In this document: positions 1 through 10,509 of the stretch, in pieces | Layout of the letters: each line of letters opens with the position of its first letter | How positions within the stretch are numbered: position 1 is the first letter of the stretch | Assembly: GCF_004010195.1 (NCBI RefSeq) | Contig: NC_057752.1 | Coordinates: 13,159,467-13,179,466 of the forward strand | Direction: 5' to 3' | Length of the DNA: 20,000 nt | Source: Chiloscyllium plagiosum | Taxonomy: Eukaryota | Translations under genes and position numbers: made by a program | The notes under the pieces: model-generated | The model's input: only the letters and a program-made list of their open reading frames with translations | Databases searched by the model: none | What the model was told of the DNA's origin: nothing

Positions 1-109
1 TAAATTTGGCACCTGTGTAAAACAAGGGGGCATGTATGGCAAAACGACAAAACCAAGCTCAAATTACCTAACTAAAAACCTGCTTCCCCTTCCTGTTCAT
101 GAAAAGGAA

Positions 110-510
110 CTATAAAAGGATCACTGGAGCTGAAACATTAAATCTGATTTCTCTCCACAGATGCTGCCAGACCTGATTAGATTAAATTAGATTTCCTACA
201 GTGTGGAAACAGGCCGTTCGGCCCAACCAGTCCACGCCGACCCTCCGAAGAGTAATGCACCCAGACCGATTTCCCTCTGACTAATGCACCTAACACTACG
301 GGCAATTTAGCATTGCCAATTCACCCTGACCTGCACATCTTTGGACAGTACAAGGAAACCGGAGCACCCAGGGGACACCCATGCAGACATGGGGAGAATG
401 TCTGTTTGGAGTTTGCACAGCTGCCAGAGGCTTGAATCGAACCTGGGACCCTGGTGTTGTGATACAGCAGTGCTAACAACTAAGCTTTTCCAGCAATTTC
501 TGTTTTTGTT
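110..510 (+). mobile_element. Degenerate hammerhead-bearing Penelope-like short repeat (110-174 and 486-510), split by a SINE
   Basis: ggatcactggagctGAAAcattaaatctgatttctctccacagatgctgccagacctg (to ~175) resumes as ttttccagcaatttctgtttttgtt (486-510). Matches the copies at 11226, 15920 and 16752. The CTGAnGA box is decayed. Confidence 0.7.
176..485 (-). mobile_element. HE1-type tRNA-derived SINE (V-SINE superfamily), slightly 5'-truncated
   Basis: Reverse-complement match to the + copy at 3090-3396, with a B-box-like GTTCGATTC on the minus strand (~434-442), a CR1-like tail and terminal (AATCT)n-like repeats at 176-195. Confidence 0.88.
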
Positions 511-1179
511 GCTATAGACTTAGGGACTCAGTGAAAACAAAGCAGATGGTCAGTGACCCAGGTCTTGACAGGGGGCATTGAATTGGAGGTGGTGCACGTG
601 AAACATAAATGCCAGCATTCACCAACTGGGCCAAACAGTCTGTTTCTGTGGTGTAACTTCTTTGTTCAATAGATAAAAAAAAATTGGATATTGCTATTGG
701 ACACATGCTTAATGGGTTTGTATGCTATGCCCATTTCAGCACAGTGATTGCACGGAAAGAGGTCAGCAACGTCTGTACGGTTCTATTGAGCATCTGCCAT
801 TTTAGTGCAGGCCTGAAGTATGTGAGTTGTTGTGTAATTGCTACATCAGCAGACCAAGGAATGCCACAATATACCCTCATCAGGTTTGGTTCACAAATGC
901 CTCAAACTTGCATGACAGTACAAATCCAAAGATACGCGTTTAAAAGTTCACCCAGTCATCAGGAAGGGCTATTTGCTCATGTTTAAAAACGAGCTAAACA
1001 TTTCACAGGGTTTGTAGACGGACATTGCCACTCCTTGCCTTAACTGTTTAATCCCATATTCTGACAATTTGCCGCTCCAGTCAACACACTGCTCCCCCTC
1101 AGGAGTTATATTCTTGCACAAGTTGGCATCCTCGTGACCCATGAGAATAAAGATTTCAATGTGATTTTGGTTTCTGAAA

Positions 1180-1265
1180 CAACCTTTTCCAGGATATTAT
1201 AACACACCTCTGGGACTTAAACCCAGACCTTCTGGCTTAGAGACAGAGTCACTACCACACAAGAC
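1180..1265 (-). mobile_element. Short degenerate tRNA-derived SINE head
   Basis: Minus strand reads gtcttgtgtggtagtgactctgtctctaagccagaaggtctgggtttaagtccca, with an A-box-like and B-box-like arrangement. Confidence 0.4.
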
Positions 1266-1411
1266 TTCAACTTCACACTATCTTTTGTTAAATCAGACAG
1301 TGCTGTTTCCTCAGGCAACACTCATGATCAACCATATTCTTATACTACCACCTAGAGGAAATAACATAAAAATGACTTGTGAAGAAGTTATCTTCCCATG
1401 AATGGAAGCTT

Positions 1412-1585
1412 ACTCTCAGACAGTACATTCCAGACCCTAACCCCTCATGTGAACCTGCCTCCCCCCCACCACACTCTCAGGCACGACCTTCCAGACTGTA
1501 ACCTCTCGTGTGAACCTCCCTACCTTCCCCTCCCCACCCCCCACACTCAGGCAGTGCATTCCAGAGCCTAACCACTTGAGTGAGC
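1412..1585. repeat. Three-copy tandem repeat (period ~61-70 bp) with C-rich spacers
   Basis: Unit actctcaggcagtgcattccagaccctaacc..gtgtgaacctccc starts at 1412, 1473 and 1543. It resembles the CR1 segment ctctggcagctcattcca seen at ~11502. Confidence 0.8.
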
Positions 1586-1645
1586 TTAGAGGTTTATAAA
1601 ATCATGAGGGGCATAGATAAGGTGAATAGCAAGTATGTTTCCCCC
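1586..1645 (+). mobile_element. Tiny CR1 ORF2 fragment
   Basis: gaggtttataaaatcatgaggggcatagataaggtgaat translates as EVYKIMRGIDKVN, matching EVYKIKGGMDRIN in ORF 11593..12084. Confidence 0.75.
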
Positions 1646-2147
1646 CACCACCACCACCAACGTACCATCTCAAAATGCTATCTGATATTCATTTTTCACC
1701 GTTACGCTATTATGATTTAACTCCTGTTAACTAATGTAACATATATCCACTAGAGACATTTATCAAACAATTTGTACCAATTTATTTGTCTCTTGTTATC
1801 TTTAAATGTTCATTTCCAAGCAATGATATCTAACTTTCTAGAGTTGAACTGAACTATGAAGTGTGGCTCAGTAAAAACCACACTGAAGAGCAGAAACTTG
1901 CACTGTTCATATAATTGATCATGTACAATTTTTATAATCAAACAATCGATTGGTTTAACATTCCAGTTTCCATAAAAACTGCTCCTTGGCCAAGTTGCAG
2001 CTTTGAAAAGGTTCAATACTATTTTCCAATCACATAAGCCACTGCATCAGCTCTCAACGAACATGCAGCAGTTTCGACTTGAAATTCTCTGCACCCAGAA
2101 TCATTACCTTAAATAGTTACAAGAGTATTTTAGTTACAAGACGAGTA

Positions 2148-2492
2148 GGGGCAAGGTGATGGCCTGGTGATATTCTTGCTAGACTGTTAATCCAGAAATC
2201 CAGGTAATATTCTGGGGACCTGGGTTCAAATCCCACCAGAGCAGATAATGGAAGTTGAATTCAATTAAAAAAAAAAAACTGGAATTAAAAGTCTAACAAA
2301 TCACCATAAATTAATTGTTGGAAAAACCCATCTGGTTCACCAATGCCTTTTAGGGAAGGAAACTGCCATCCTTACCTGGTCTGGCCTACATGTGACTCCA
2401 GACCCATAGCAATGAGGTTGACTCTTAGCTGCCCTCTAGGATGGACACGAAAAGCTGGTGTAGCCAACGATGCCCACATTCCATGAATGAAC
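2148..2492 (+). mobile_element. Second family of tRNA-derived SINE, near full length
   Basis: A-box-like TGGCCTGGTGA (2160) and B-box GGTTCAAATCC (2223). The body contains aaaacccatctggttcac..tagggaaggaaactgcc. The tail ggatgg..gatgcccacattccatgaatgaa is shared with the LINE end at 10515-10556. Confidence 0.8.
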
Positions 2493-3089
2493 AGAAAGCG
2501 AAGGAATAAAAGTCAGTACGGACACATCAAGTATAAAGTTTACTTGAAGCATTACCAACTGCTAATACCCAATCAATGCATTCAGATTAAACAGAACTAG
2601 GATAAGGCAGCACAATGGAGCAACATGTGTGAATTTGATATTATTTAGTGGGTAGAGCTGGACACACAGTAGTCAAGGTGCTATTTGACCTGGTCGAGGA
2701 CATTATTGACACTCTAGCTGTGGTGCAACAGATGGATGGACCAGAGAGGCACAACTACACTGTAGGTTTTTTTTTGTGTGTGGGGAGCCTCTTAAACATA
2801 GTGAGCATTGCTCAAAGTCAGCAGCTTACTGAATCCAGACTAGCATCGAGGTAATGAACATTTTGCAAAGCTAGTTGTTTAAGGTCAGCAAATGATTATA
2901 AATTCAAGTTGCATTTTGTGGAGTTGAATAGAATGAAGGAGCTTGGGATGAAAAAAAGTTGCTCAGGGAAAAGCAAGGCTCTTCCTCAAAACAGGATCTC
3001 AGTTTGCAACTCTTCCCTAGTTGACAAAATCTAACATTGATTGTAGTGAAACGTATGTTCAGCTGTCCATTACCCCCTCCCCTTTAAAC

Positions 3090-3396
3090 AGCAGCACAGT
3101 GGCTCAGTGATTAGCACTACTGCCTTACAGCACCAGGGTCCCAAGTTCAATTCCAGCCTCAGGCAACTGTCTGTGTGGGTTTCCTCTCACAACTCAAAGA
3201 TGTGCAGGTTAGGGTGAATTGGCCATGCTAAATTGCCCATGGGTGTTTAGGGAAGTGTAGGTTAGGTGCATTAGTCAGGGGGAAATTTAGGATAATAGGG
3301 TAGGGGAATGAGTCTGGGTGGGTTACTCTTCAGAAGGTCAGTGTGGACTTGTTGGGCTGAATGCCCTGTTTCCACACTGTAGGGAATCTACGATCT
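3090..3396 (+). mobile_element. HE1-type tRNA-derived SINE with internal deletion
   Basis: A box TGGCTCAGTGA (3100-3110) and B box GTTCAATTCC (3145-3154), plus a CR1-like tail (ggacttgttgggctgaatgccctgtttccacactgtagggaatct). Lacks a central block that is present in the 176-485 copy. Confidence 0.9.
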
Positions 3397-3439
3397 TAAG
3401 AGGCTTCACTTCATACACAAAATGCCTCAAAACACCCTC

Positions 3440-4197
3440 AATATTCATTTTAGAAGCAAAAACAAGGCAGCAGATTACTACCTGAATGGGTGTACATTGG
3501 GAGAGGGGTGCATGCATTGGGATCTGGGTGTCCGTATGCACCAGGCGCTGGAAGGTAGGCATGCAGGTGCAGCCGGCAGTAAAGGCGGCCAATGGGATGG
3601 TGACTTTCATTGCCAGAGATTTAGAGTACAGCAGCAAAGATGCATTATCACAGTCATACAGGGCCTAGAATATTGTGCACAGTTTTGGTCTCCTGTTCTG
3701 AGAAAGGATGCCTCTTGGTCTCCAGGGAGTGCAGTGAAGGTTGCCCAGGCTGACTCCAGGGATGGTGGGACTGATGTATGTGGAGAGATTGTCTAGGTTA
3801 GGATTGTTTGCACTGGAGGAGTTCAGATGAATGAGCAGGGATCTCAGACTTAAAATTCTAACAGTACTAGACCAGGTAGCTGCAGGGAGGATGTTCCTGA
3901 TGGTGAGTGTGTCCAGAACCAGGGGTCACAGTCTGAGGATTCAGGGTAGACCATTTAGGACAGAGATGAGGAGACATTTCTTCAGCCAAAGAGTGGGGAG
4001 CCTGTGGAATTCATTGATGCCAAAACATTGAACGCATTCAAGAGGTAGCTAGATTTAGGACTTGGGGTGAATGGGGTCAAAGGTTATGGGGAGAAAGCAG
4101 GATTAGGCTATTGAGTTGGACAATCAGCCCTGATCGTGATGAATAGCAGAGTAGGCTCGAAGGGCCGAATGGCCTCCTCCTGCTGCTATGTTTCTAT
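3440..4197 (+). mobile_element. CR1-clade LINE 3' fragment (decayed ORF2 C-terminus and 3' UTR)
   Basis: Frameshifted peptides LEYCAQFWSP, SRTRGHSLRIQGRPFRTEMRRHFFSQRVGSLWNSL. Typical end gggccgaatggcctcctcctgctgctatgtttctat. Confidence 0.9.
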
Positions 4198-4214
4198 TAC
4201 AGAAAACCAAGCCA

Positions 4215-6588
4215 ACACAAGGCATTAACCACCATCTTTATTGATGGTTCTGAAGACTGCACGTTTACAGCAAAGTGAAATTTCACAGTAAACATTAAAA
4301 CTTTCTTATAAAACAAACAGTACAGAACATTAAGACTTATAAAAAAATCACTGAATTTCCATGCTATCAAACTACAATCTGAGTGCTCCCAAAAATACAA
4401 TAGCCTTTTAAAACCTATATATTATATTACTAAATTATTGCAGTCAGTAGCGTGGATGAGAGAGTGATATCCATAATAACCTGGGTCATTGTCAGTCACA
4501 ATAGCACACCACTGGGGTATACAGAAACTGAATCAGATGCAACTCACGCTCAATGACACTTGAATATTTAGGAACAACTATCATCCAATTTGACTCTCAT
4601 AAATGGAGATGAAGGCCTTTAACACAATAAATCAGTTTAAAAAACGTTGGTCCAGTATTGGTCAAAAATGAGAAAAATGGTACATGCCTCACGAAGAGCA
4701 TCATTCCAGTTCAGAGGCACCTTCAGTACTCTCATAACAAAAACCATTATACACCAAAGGCCCAATCAGATCAATCCCATGCTGAAAAGCAAGCAGACAG
4801 TTTACTTACACACAAATGGACCATGCACCATTGCAAGTGATTTAACACTCTACAGTGCTCTTCATCTTTAACAGGTAAATATAGAAGACCAGCAGGGAAG
4901 AGTGCGTAAATGTCATGTTTTTGGTGGTGGTGGTGGTGAAAGCACACACGAGCCTCACTCTTGACAGTTCTCTCTCAATCAGAAACAGTGCAATAATTTA
5001 AAAACAGCCAAGTATTTTCATTCCCCTCTAAGGATCAGCTTTGGGATCTTTCTGGATGGGCAACATATGACGGGTAAAAGACTCCCTCACTCTCGAATAT
5101 CTTCGAACAAATTCTTAAATCAGCAAGTCCAGCTTAAAAAAAAAACTAGAAAGTTCACGAAAAGGAATACATTAAACGTGACCCACCTTGCCAATTGATT
5201 GGAAGTAACCGCTGAACCATGTCAACCTGAAACCTATGATCAGTCCTAACCAGTGACAGAAAACTGCAGTAATATTCATATTGAATTAGATTGGGCACTC
5301 CGTGAATTCCAAGCCTCCGGTATCACAACAACTTATAAACTTGTTGAAGTCCAGGGGTTAAAAAGAGCGATCAAATATTGACTTGCTTGCCTATTGTGGC
5401 AGGAATGTTCTTGGAACTTAAAACAAACCTTAATCTCACAATATCTGGCCACCAATTAGCAACAGGATGTAAAAAATAGAATTTAAAACGTATTTAAAAT
5501 AAAACTGTTGGAATATCATTAATAAACCTTACAAGGTCTTAACTAAGAGACTGGATTAGTGATTAACATTTGGGGTGACATCTTATTGAAAACCTTTAAG
5601 TAGGGAAAACAAACCACTTCACCAACCATAGGAATTTCACCCCTAGCTTCCCTTTCCACAAACTACCTCAGCATTTTCAACTTAACAGGCTCAGTATTCA
5701 GGACGGGAATCAAAAATAAAACCATAGTTGTCACAAATCAACAGCAAATGGTTTAACACCACATCATAAGCAAGCTACATGCAATATTTCAACAGGACAT
5801 TTCCTTGAATGGTCCATGGCACTCTGCATTAGTCATTGCTGATTGCTGCTGAACATTAATGAAACACAACCTATTGGCTCAAAGATCTTCAGGACAACAG
5901 TTTAAGGTTATGTACCACAGGTTCTAATATACGGAGAGGACTAAAAAAGGAGACCTGTATTTCAGCAACTTTAATAATCATTCATACTACAACAAAAAAC
6001 TATACTCGCTGGATTAAAGTGACTCAACTCAATGAAACTGTGGGAATTAATGGAGAGATTTCCTTCAGGGAAGTGCTTTTGTAAGCTGCTACATCTCAAA
6101 ATTTAAATCAGCTCTCAGCAAACAATGCTGGAGTGGTCCCCGTATTGATATTAACACACTATTTTTCAAAATACCTTGAACTGAAGACACGGTAGCATGC
6201 CAAGATGATCAAGCTGCGCTATAGTGAAAAGGTTGGGTGCGCAATAGGTATTGCAAACGTGAAAAGGAAGGATTCACTCTGTGTGCTTCTACAGAAGGAT
6301 TCTATGCTTAGAGTTCTGTGAGCTTATCTGGAATGGTTTTTCTTAAAACGATTGTCATGCTGCTAAAGAGTCATCTTTAGACTGACAGCTATGTACATAT
6401 TGCTAAATTGGGAAGCATTTTTTTTTTAGTAAAGTCAGACTGTTGCTACTCGGTTAGAATCTGGGCAGCAGTGTATTTGGGTAGGCATCCCTCTGTCGTT
6501 TATTAGTGCTGAGTGGACCATACCCTTCTGCCAGCTTCAGCGAACAAGCATGGAAGACAACGTTACTGTCTCAGCTGCCACTAGGAGA
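4215..6588 (-). other. Putative 3' UTR of the GORASP2-like gene (~2.4 kb)
   Basis: Follows the TAG at 6591-6589. It is the longest stretch in the window with no recognisable transposon, is U-rich on the minus strand and ends at a canonical poly(A) context. The lower boundary is approximate. Confidence 0.6.
4237..4242 (-). terminator. Likely distal poly(A) signal (AATAAA) of the GORASP2-like gene
   Basis: Minus strand reads ...gaaccatcAATAAAgatggtggttaatgccttgtgttggcttggttttctgt. There is a downstream GU/U-rich element and upstream TGTA motifs, and the site lies at the end of a 2.4 kb repeat-free stretch. Confidence 0.65.
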
Positions 6589-6800
6589 CTATTCCTGAGC
6601 TACTGCAGGTGCAGGATCTGAGACCTGGCTCCACTGAGAGGGAAAAGATGCTGTAATACTCTGTGATGTAGTCGAGGGGCTGGGAGAAAACGCTGGCACT
6701 GCAGAGAAAGCTGGAAGCACAGTACTGCTGGCAGGATCAGCTGGAGGCAGGTTCGAGAGGATCTGATGTGAGGCAGGGCTGCTGGGTGACAAGAGGGAAC
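6589..6800 (-). CDS. GORASP2: Terminal coding exon of GRASP55/GORASP2-like gene (Ser/Pro-rich tail)
   Basis: Acceptor gttaatttggactcttcctttccag|GT. 212 nt, phase 1, reading (G)SLLSPSSPASHQILSNLPPADPASST...PAVAQE*. In frame with the upstream exons and resembles the recalled human GRASP55 segment SSAASSGELLSSLPPTSNAPSDPATTT. Confidence 0.72.
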
Positions 6801-7011
6801 CTGGAAAGGAAGAGTCCAAATTAACATCACACAGTAACAGAGAGAGGAGGTCACAGCTTGCCATGCAACTAGTACACATCGCAATGGTTTCTATGATTTT
6901 AGCAGAAACAAACCACTTCATTCATTCCAATAGATTAACCTTTGTCACAAACCAATGGCTTAATACGTACACAAATTGGATCGGGAAAGAAGGGCATTTG
7001 GTCTAACCAGT

Positions 7012-7720
7012 CCACGACCACACGACACAAGCAGAAGTAGCCCATTAAGCCCATCGAGTCTGCTCCATCTGTCAATGGGATCATGGCTGGTCTGATCATC
7101 CCCAACTCCACTTTCCTGCCTTTTCCCCATCACCCCTCCATTCCCCTTCCTGATTAAACATCTCTCTGTCTCAGCCTTGAATATACTCACTGACCCAGCC
7201 CCGACAGCCCTCTGTGGGAAAGAATTCCACAGACTCACTCCCCTCTGAGGGAAGAAATTCCTCCTCATCTCTGTCTGCAATGGGTGACCCCTTATTCTGA
7301 AATTGTATCCTCTGGTCCTAGACACTCTCCCACAAGGGGAGAGCAATCTTTCCACATCTCCCTTCTCAAGTCCCCTCAGAATCTTGTAGAGTCAGTTCTG
7401 CTTTAACGTAATGGTTCCATTCTCTCACAACCCCATGTTATATGAAAATTGTGTAATAGCAGCACCATTTAACCAACGGGGCTGGAATCACATTATGACC
7501 AATATATGCTTCAAAAGTTCACGCTTTAGAAACACTGCCCCAAATTCGTCAATTGCGTGACAGCAAATTCATCTTAACGAAACACGCATGTTATAGCAGA
7601 ATAACCTGCCGGTTTCAATAAGGTCACCTCTCAGTCTTCTACACCCCAGTGAGTACAGGCCCAACCAACTCAACCTCTCCTCATGAGGGTCCCTCCATAC
7701 CCAGGATCAGTCAAGCGAAC
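7012..7720 (-). mobile_element. CR1-clade LINE 3' fragment (7012-7388 and 7611-7720) interrupted by a MITE
   Basis: ORF 6960..7355 contains SRTRGYNFRIRGHPLQTEMRRNFFPQRGVSLWNSFPQRAV. The CR1 sequence resumes after the insert (gtttcaataaggtcacctctc). Confidence 0.88.
7389..7608. mobile_element. MITE (~220 bp), probably Tc1/mariner (pogo/Tigger-like)
   Basis: Imperfect terminal inverted repeats gagtcagTTCTGCTtTAACg (7389-7408) and tGTTAtAGCAGAAtaacctg (7589-7608). Preceded by TA, with no ORF, and cleanly splits a CR1. Confidence 0.7.
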
Positions 7721-8329
7721 AACTTTATGTACAACTCTTTAACAAAAAAAACAAACACTGTATTAAGTCTTTCTACTTTGTCTAAGAAAAAACAATTTGA
7801 CACTTTGCTGCATTCTGCAAAGAATGTTCTGGCCTTTGCTTTATGCACGTGCCAGTACTTCCCCCAAAACAATGACGGACGTTACGACCACAGGCTCTGA
7901 TATGGCACTTTTAAACACCGAATACATGGCAGAGTTCAATGACAAAAAAAAAAGAGTACAGCCAAGGAAGGAAATATTAGGGAGGGGGATGACAGCTGGG
8001 TTTGGAAGAAGGATCATTACTGCAGATGGTCTTGCTGCAACAGAATAGACAAGGCTGGAACCACCGACAGGTGATCTCACCGAGTTCGGACGTGGTGCAG
8101 AGGACTTGGCAGAGAACAAGGTGGTCAACCTGGATATCACCTCTTTTTGCTCAAGTCAGTACCAAGAATGTGGGTTGTGGCCCTGGTCTTGGTGCATGCA
8201 ATTTCAACCGCACTGGGAGGTTCAAACAGAATTACGGCAGAGAAATGTACAGGGAGAACAAAAGAGAGGATAACTTAATAGATTCAAACGATCCAAGTTT
8301 GCAGACCATGTATTCTCACCTGGATCTGT

Positions 8330-9040
8330 AAGCTGCGGGTGCACATCAAGTAGCTGCAAAAGACTAATACAGGTTAAGCACATGGGTGGGTAACAAAAGT
8401 GGTGGACCGAGTCTGGTGTGGGGGAAGTGAGAGGTTATTCACTTCAAACAAGCGTAGAAGAGCAGAGTATTTTTTAAAAGGCACATTGACCTTTAGTCAC
8501 AAGGGAAAATCGAGTAAGGAATAAAAGTCTTGCTACAATTTGATGGGGCTTTGGTGAGACCACACAGCAGTATGCACAAATTTGACCTTCATATTTAAAG
8601 AAAAGATATACTTGCATTAGAAGTCACAAAAGTTTCACTAGATCAGTCCCTGGGATGACAGAATTGCCCTATTACAAGAGACTGAGTAAACTTGGTCGAT
8701 ATTCTCTGGGTGTTTAGAAGAGGGATGATTTCATTCTGGCACTCACTCATTCAGAATTGCCTCAACAGGGTTGACACAGAAATCATTTTCCTGACTGCAG
8801 AATCCAGAACATGGGGGCACACTTTCTCAGGAGCAATCATTTCTGATGGAGAGGAGCAGGAATTTCTTCAGAGAGTGAATTTTTACAGTTCTCGGTCATA
8901 GAGGGTTGGGGATTGAACTCTATTGAAGGCAGTTTTGGTTTCTCAGGGAAAGCGGAGTTTGAGACCCAAGCCAGCCACAATCACACTGAATGACACAGCA
9001 GGACCTCAGGCTGTGTGGCCTATTCCTGTTCCTAATTCTT
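8330..9040 (+). mobile_element. Old CR1 3' fragment
   Basis: Decayed CR1 landmarks gaggttattcactt, ggctttggtgagaccacac, AESRTWGH and the end tggcctattcctgttcctaattcttat. Confidence 0.8.
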
Positions 9041-9089
9041 ATATTCTACAACAGAGGAGGAGAGCTTCTTTTCCAGGGAGAAGGTGATA

Positions 9090-9790
9090 ACAGCAGCTTA
9101 GAGTTTTGAGGTACTGTTCTAGAAAAGGCATGCAGGAGCAAAGACCTGGGGGTGGGTATGTGCATGAATCACTAAAGTGACAGAACAGGTAGAGAGCTGT
9201 TAATAAAGCATACTGTAGACCAGGCTTTATAAATAGAGACATAGGGTACAGATGCAAGATCTCAGCAGGAGTATGGTATATAGTCTGGGTACCACACAAT
9301 AGGAGGAATGTGAACGCAATGATAACAGCAGGTTTACGAGAATCATTCCAGGCACGAGACACTTCAGTTATAAAGAAGGATTGGAGAAACTGGGATGGAT
9401 TTCCTTGGAGAGAAGACGACCAAGGGGTGATTTGTTAGTAGTTTAGAAAATCACCCAAGTCCACAAAAGGAGTCTGGACAAAACACACAGGGAGAAACCG
9501 TTCCCAGTCATACATGGATTGAGAACCAGAGGGAACAGCTCTATAGCATTTTGCCTAAAAGCAGCAAATACAAGAGGAGAAAAACCTTCCTTTTTTTTTT
9601 ACAAAAAAGAGCAAATAGGGCCTGGAAACATGGCGGAGGTAGCTTCAATTGAGGCATTCAAGAGGGGCATTGGATGGTCAGTTAAAATCATCCAATGTGC
9701 AGGATTACAGGAAAAAGACAGGAGATTGGCACAAGGTTAAAATGTAACAAGATCAGCTGAAAGGCCTCCTGATGCACCATAACAATTTGG
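9090..9790 (+). mobile_element. Old CR1 3' fragment (different subfamily)
   Basis: gtgcatgaatcactaaagtg, ctttataaatagagacatagggtaca, RTRG motif, and the end gctgaaaggcctcctgatgcaccataac. Boundaries approximate. Confidence 0.7.
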
Positions 9791-10509
9791 AGATTCTGTG
9801 AAAACCCGACCAGGAACTGAATCGGTTTAAAAAAGGACTTTTCCTTTCAGCAGGAGTCAAATGGTTTGCCCACAAGTAAAGCTGCTCAAGATATACTCCT
9901 CTTGCTCACCTCAGGCATTGGTTCATTAAAGAAAACCCATGGAACCTGGAAGTACTTACATACCCAAGTAAAAAAGCTGTTCAGAAGAGGCCTAAACCTC
10001 AAACATCTTAATAATTTTAAAAAAATTACAGGGGGAACTTCAGACTCGTACATCATCAAGCCCTTGCGCCCATCACACCACAACCCAAATTCAAGGTCAA
10101 AGTGAATTCGTTTGCAGGATTACTGCCTCTAGAAGAGAGGCCAGATATCATAAATCCAAGCTGACAAGGCTTATCTCCAAAAGGTGCATTAACAGCCAGC
10201 AGCATGTGGTCTTTCAGAGCTGATTTAGAAGACATGCCTAAAGTACAACAGTTTCTCAAGGAAAAACAAAGCCAAATACAGTAACTCCTGCTGAGAGCAT
10301 ATAGTATTCATTATTAATCAGTGTTGTAGCTAGTAGAGTGCTTCAACTTGACATTCAGTAAACCCCAAGATAAATGTAATGGACACAACGAGCTCAATAC
10401 AACAGAAAACAGCTCACTGAATAAACTACTGACAGCAAGCTAGGAGGCAACAGAACAAACACAAGTTATGCATCTTCTCAGGATAACATACGTGAGTACT
10501 TATTTGCCC

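Noticed and set aside
1412..1585. CRISPR-like repeat-spacer array
   Set aside because: Eukaryotic context, degenerate CR1-like units, low-complexity spacers and no cas genes.
3090..3165. tRNA gene
   Set aside because: The A/B boxes belong to a SINE head and there is no complete cloverleaf. The same applies at 2150-2235.
4987..6335. miRNA seed matches in the UTR (TTGCACT at 4993-4987, CATTCCA at 6335-6329)
   Set aside because: Single 7-mers are expected by chance in 2.4 kb without conservation data.
6801..6921. N-terminal part of ORF 6589..6921 (MKWFVSAK...)
   Set aside because: It lies upstream of a strong acceptor at 6801, so it is an intronic open frame.
10056..10238. Possible extra phase-1 exon (tactttag|GC ATG TCT...)
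   Set aside because: Weak acceptor with a nearby upstream AG, no good donor, and no similarity to GRASP55.
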